Source: Paramoeba atlantica (taxonomy: Eukaryota; Protista; Discosea). Taken from it: 64,000 nucleotides of DNA. Position 1 is the stretch's first letter. Each line of letters opens with the position of its first letter. A program made the translations under genes and the position numbers. Where the stretch lies: NCBI GenBank assembly GCA_977017575.1, contig CDRNVI010000054.1:726496-790495 (forward strand). The letters run 5' to 3'. Shown piece by piece: positions 60,701-64,000 of the stretch. Under the pieces are notes generated by a model. It was not told where the DNA came from and ran no database searches. It worked only from the letters and a program-made list of their open reading frames with translations.

Positions 60701-61438
60701 TTACCTTAGTCCACACATTCCATAAACACGCGGACTCGGTCTGTCGCGTGTCATCTCACCGTTGCTTACCGTAATCTTTGTTCGCGCTACAGTATAATAC
60801 AGATTTTTTAACTCGTCTCTGATGTTTAGGAAGCCTTCAAGTTCTGTATTAAAAGCTAAAATTATGTCGCGCAAGTTTTCGTGCACGAAATCGAATTCAA
60901 TATGACCAGAAAATTTATTGTCACACATATTAAGATAGACTAGAAAGGGTGGCAGGTGACGAAAATCTGGAGTACCCGTGAACTGATTGAAGGATATGTT
61001 AATGTCTTTCAATTTCGGAGGCAACTGATCAAAGGGAAACTCACCCGATAGAGAATTGAACGTTAGCCGTAAAATTTCCAATTCGTACGGCAAATATTTT
61101 ACATTGAACTGGCCTTGTAGTTTCTCGCTAGAGAAACTAGTAGTAGAGCCCATCATGTGACCCCAGGTTATCCAAATCACGTCGCCCTTGTCGTTACATG
61201 TGACCCCATCCCAGCTACATCCCGGGGTATCGGTGGACCATGACGGTGGAGGGTTTTCTACGAGTCTCATCAAATCGTACTCCACGGGTAACGACACGGC
61301 ACTGACTTTAGATGGACGAGATGTTCCAGTCACATTAGAACTACTCGTTGAAAGTGTCGTGTCGGATGAGTTCGTTTCTCTCCTGGCTTTCTTTCTTAAC
61401 GGTTCCGTTACATCGGCCGAGAGCATAGAGACAATCAT
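60701..61438 (-). CDS. Short leucine-rich repeat protein (245 aa)
   Basis: KVSAVSLPVEY, CSWDGVTC cap and LRR repeats in an intact ORF. Confidence 0.85.
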   Translation of the reverse strand: MIVSMLSADVTEPLRKKARRETNSSDTTLSTSSSNVTGTSRPSKVSAVSLPVEYDLMRLVENPPPSWSTDTPGCSWDGVTCNDKGDVIWITWGHMMGSTTSFSSEKLQGQFNVKYLPYELEILRLTFNSLSGEFPFDQLPPKLKDINISFNQFTGTPDFRHLPPFLVYLNMCDNKFSGHIEFDFVHENLRDIILAFNTELEGFLNIRDELKNLYYTVARTKITVSNGEMTRDRPSPRVYGMCGLR

Positions 61439-62296
61439 AATTACAAATACAAATCAAGAAAAAAGAAAATTTCCGAGAAAAAGACGTAAAAATGCATGGA
61501 AAAAGAAGAATTTCGCCTGCGGCGCATTCTTGTTTTTTTAACACAGATTTCTGTCGGGCCAAATATTTTCGAGTTAACACAGATTAATATCATACAGATT
61601 AATGTTCTCCAGATTAGTATTACACAGACAAATGTCCCCCTGTATATCATTTATATAGCTTTATAGAATATAAAGCTCCCAGATAAGGTAGCTCGGGATG
61701 AGCATTACGTGAATCTACACAAACATGCCCAGATAAGGGACTTCGAACGTCTACGCGGTGGTGTTGAAATCGAGTTGCAAAAACTTTGGTAAAAGAATGA
61801 GAAGAGGGACTCTCGACATAGCCGTGGAGCTTTGTCCCAAATTGCAGACGCCATCAGCGAAGAACGGAAGCTACAAGAAGACTACAGGCGCATAAAGAAG
61901 TTGTATTCAGAAACGAGAGTCCAATCATGGACCGAGATGTTTGACCCGGACTGTATAGAGGTGGATGAATCGAGCGCAGGGAAGTTGTAGAGTAAAAAGA
62001 TGAAAGATGAAATATGAAAAGGAAAGTTGTAGAGTAAAAACATGTTTTTTTTTGGCCCGAGCTACAGCTTGTGTATTGGGTATCGGTCCGATACACCACG
62101 CACGGCTAGGTAAACGGATATGTATACCAGTCCGATTGGGTGTACGAACGTTTGTTATACTAGGATTGCTACTTAAGAATTCATCTGCATTAAGATCTAT
62201 GGTATTATGAATTGTGCGTGGATTGATTTGACTGATATTACATGTAGATCATGTATATCATATACATGCATACATGTATTTGTCCCTCCCATGCTA

Positions 62297-62754
62297 AGTG
62301 CCAGCACACTTTAGAACTTTCCAGGTGGCTGAATCTCGAAAATAATTAGTCTCTACTCCTCGCCAGGGTGGATCGGCTGCATTCAGGTCTCCTGCTATCC
62401 ATAACAGTTCAAGATCTATTTCATGTGCTGTTTTGGCTCGGAAAATGATTCTTATTTCCTTTAGGGCCTCACTCGACGTTGAATAGCCCACATTGATCGC
62501 GTGCTGAGCCGCCTGGTTGTCCGTAACCAGAACAATTCGCTTTATCTTCGCCTCTTTGTGCAGGTGAATCGCGTGGTCAATGGCGATTCTAAGAGCTCTT
62601 ACTTCAAGAATGAAGGCACCACTTCCACTTTCCTCTGTCGCATTTGTTTCACTCCATTCACCGTATGGAGTGCCGTTCGTATCAAAGAATAGTCCTCCTT
62701 TACCATAGGTTTTCGACGCATCCGCGGCTCCAATACCATTCGTATTGGGCGTTA

Positions 62755-62760
<6 letters not shown>
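62297..62760 (-). pseudogene. Retroelement-type RNase H domain relic
   Basis: ADAS, LEVRAL, LVTDNQA and WIAGDLNAAD have the spacing of the RNase H catalytic residues. Confidence 0.65.
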
Positions 62761-62975
<215 letters not shown>

Positions 62976-63148
62976 GCCCCAAAGGCATGCCTGTCACCCA
63001 CCGGCCTGGAACCAGTGTCTAGGTGCCTACGTAGGTGGTGATAATGACGGGTTGGTGGACCCTCTCTGGGTAAGCCCAGATTAGGACTACCAACCCTGAC
63101 ATTTTTGGCTCAAATCCTCCCTTTTTCTTCAGCTTTCGAAACGAATTT

Positions 63149-63264
63149 TTCTTTTTTAGGCTCTTCGTCAAGCGCGGTGGTATTTTTCAACGCGAAGCGC
63201 GCAGCATGAGGGGACTTCTAAGTTGAAAACAACCACCGCGTTTAACGAGGAACCTAAAAAAGAA
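63149..63264. mobile_element. ~110-bp MITE, complete, opposite orientation
   Basis: TTCTTTTTTAGGCTCTTCG...CGAGGAACCTAAAAAAGAA. Confidence 0.78.
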
Positions 63265-63440
63265 TTTAGAGTAACCCGGGGTGCGGAATAATTTTTAAAT
63301 GCGGATTAATATTTAAATTCTCTTTAATATTTAAACTGCAAGTTAATATTTAAATTTTATTTAAATATTACTATCCCCCCCCTTTTTACCAAAGCCTCTC
63401 GCAGAATGTAAAAGATTCCAAAAAAGGTCTTATACCCCAC

Positions 63441-64000
63441 ATGAATGCTTTCATTGCTGAAAAGTGGTCAAACGAACGATTTCAAGTATGCCACAAAGAG
63501 CAATTGCTTTCTTGGGGTTCGATTGATCGTAGCAAAGGGATGCGTAAAGCACACCACAAGAAACACCCATTGTTGCGCACCAAAGAAGTCCTTGAAGGTT
63601 ACATACGAGGCAGACGTCATTCGAATGCACTTGTTACTTTTGAAAACGTTAAATCAGAAGCAATTCGAATTCTCCGACGACAACCCGAGGCCCAGCAGCA
63701 CAACATTCGCACTGTTAGTGATTCTTGGGTATCCAGGTTTTTGCACCGATACGCATTCAGTCAACGCATTGTGCAAAAAAAACGCAACTTTCTAGGGAGC
63801 AACTTCGGGAAAAGGTGGGAAGTTTTTTTACTTTCATTTGCTGCTCTCTGAGAACAAAACTTTTCAGCTGTATCTTCAATTTCGATGAAATACCGTTGTC
63901 CCCTCCAGAGGATCCATGAAATCCTTGAAGACCGTCTCTGAAAAAGGAGAAAAAGATGTACACGCTTTGGTGAATCCGGCTGACGAAAAGAGGTGCGCCA
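63441..64000 (+). pseudogene. pogo/Tigger-like transposase relic (CENP-B-type HTH plus start of the DDE domain), running off the window
   Basis: SDSWVSRFLHRY, then IFNFDEIPL after a frameshift. Confidence 0.65.

Overview
Eukaryotic, probably protist, transposon-rich DNA. I found no housekeeping genes, rRNA, intact tRNA or CRISPR. Positions ~150-29200 hold degraded non-LTR retrotransposons of the restriction-like-endonuclease type (CRE/SLACS-like) on the minus strand. A chimeric 5438-bp unit is repeated five times in tandem (1785-28972): the 5' three-quarters of element A fused to a 3' fragment of a related element B. Removing a nested tRNA-derived SINE (13-bp TSD) and a few lesions shared by all copies reconstructs one polyprotein. 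Its order is three Cys4 zinc-ribbon repeats, a C2H2 finger, a putative ubiquitin-like region ending in LRGG, two tandem 2A-like motifs, a zinc finger, RT, CCHC and RLE. This architecture is the most unusual thing in the window. Positions 29240-30240 are a cluster of the same SINE in both orientations. The right half contains five short LRR genes or pseudogenes, Tc1-like elements (two with DD32E spacing) and their MITEs, two hAT-like relics, another CRE fragment, an RNase H relic with a (GA)n tract and a pogo-like transposase relic. All family assignments come from motif recognition by eye; no database search was run.
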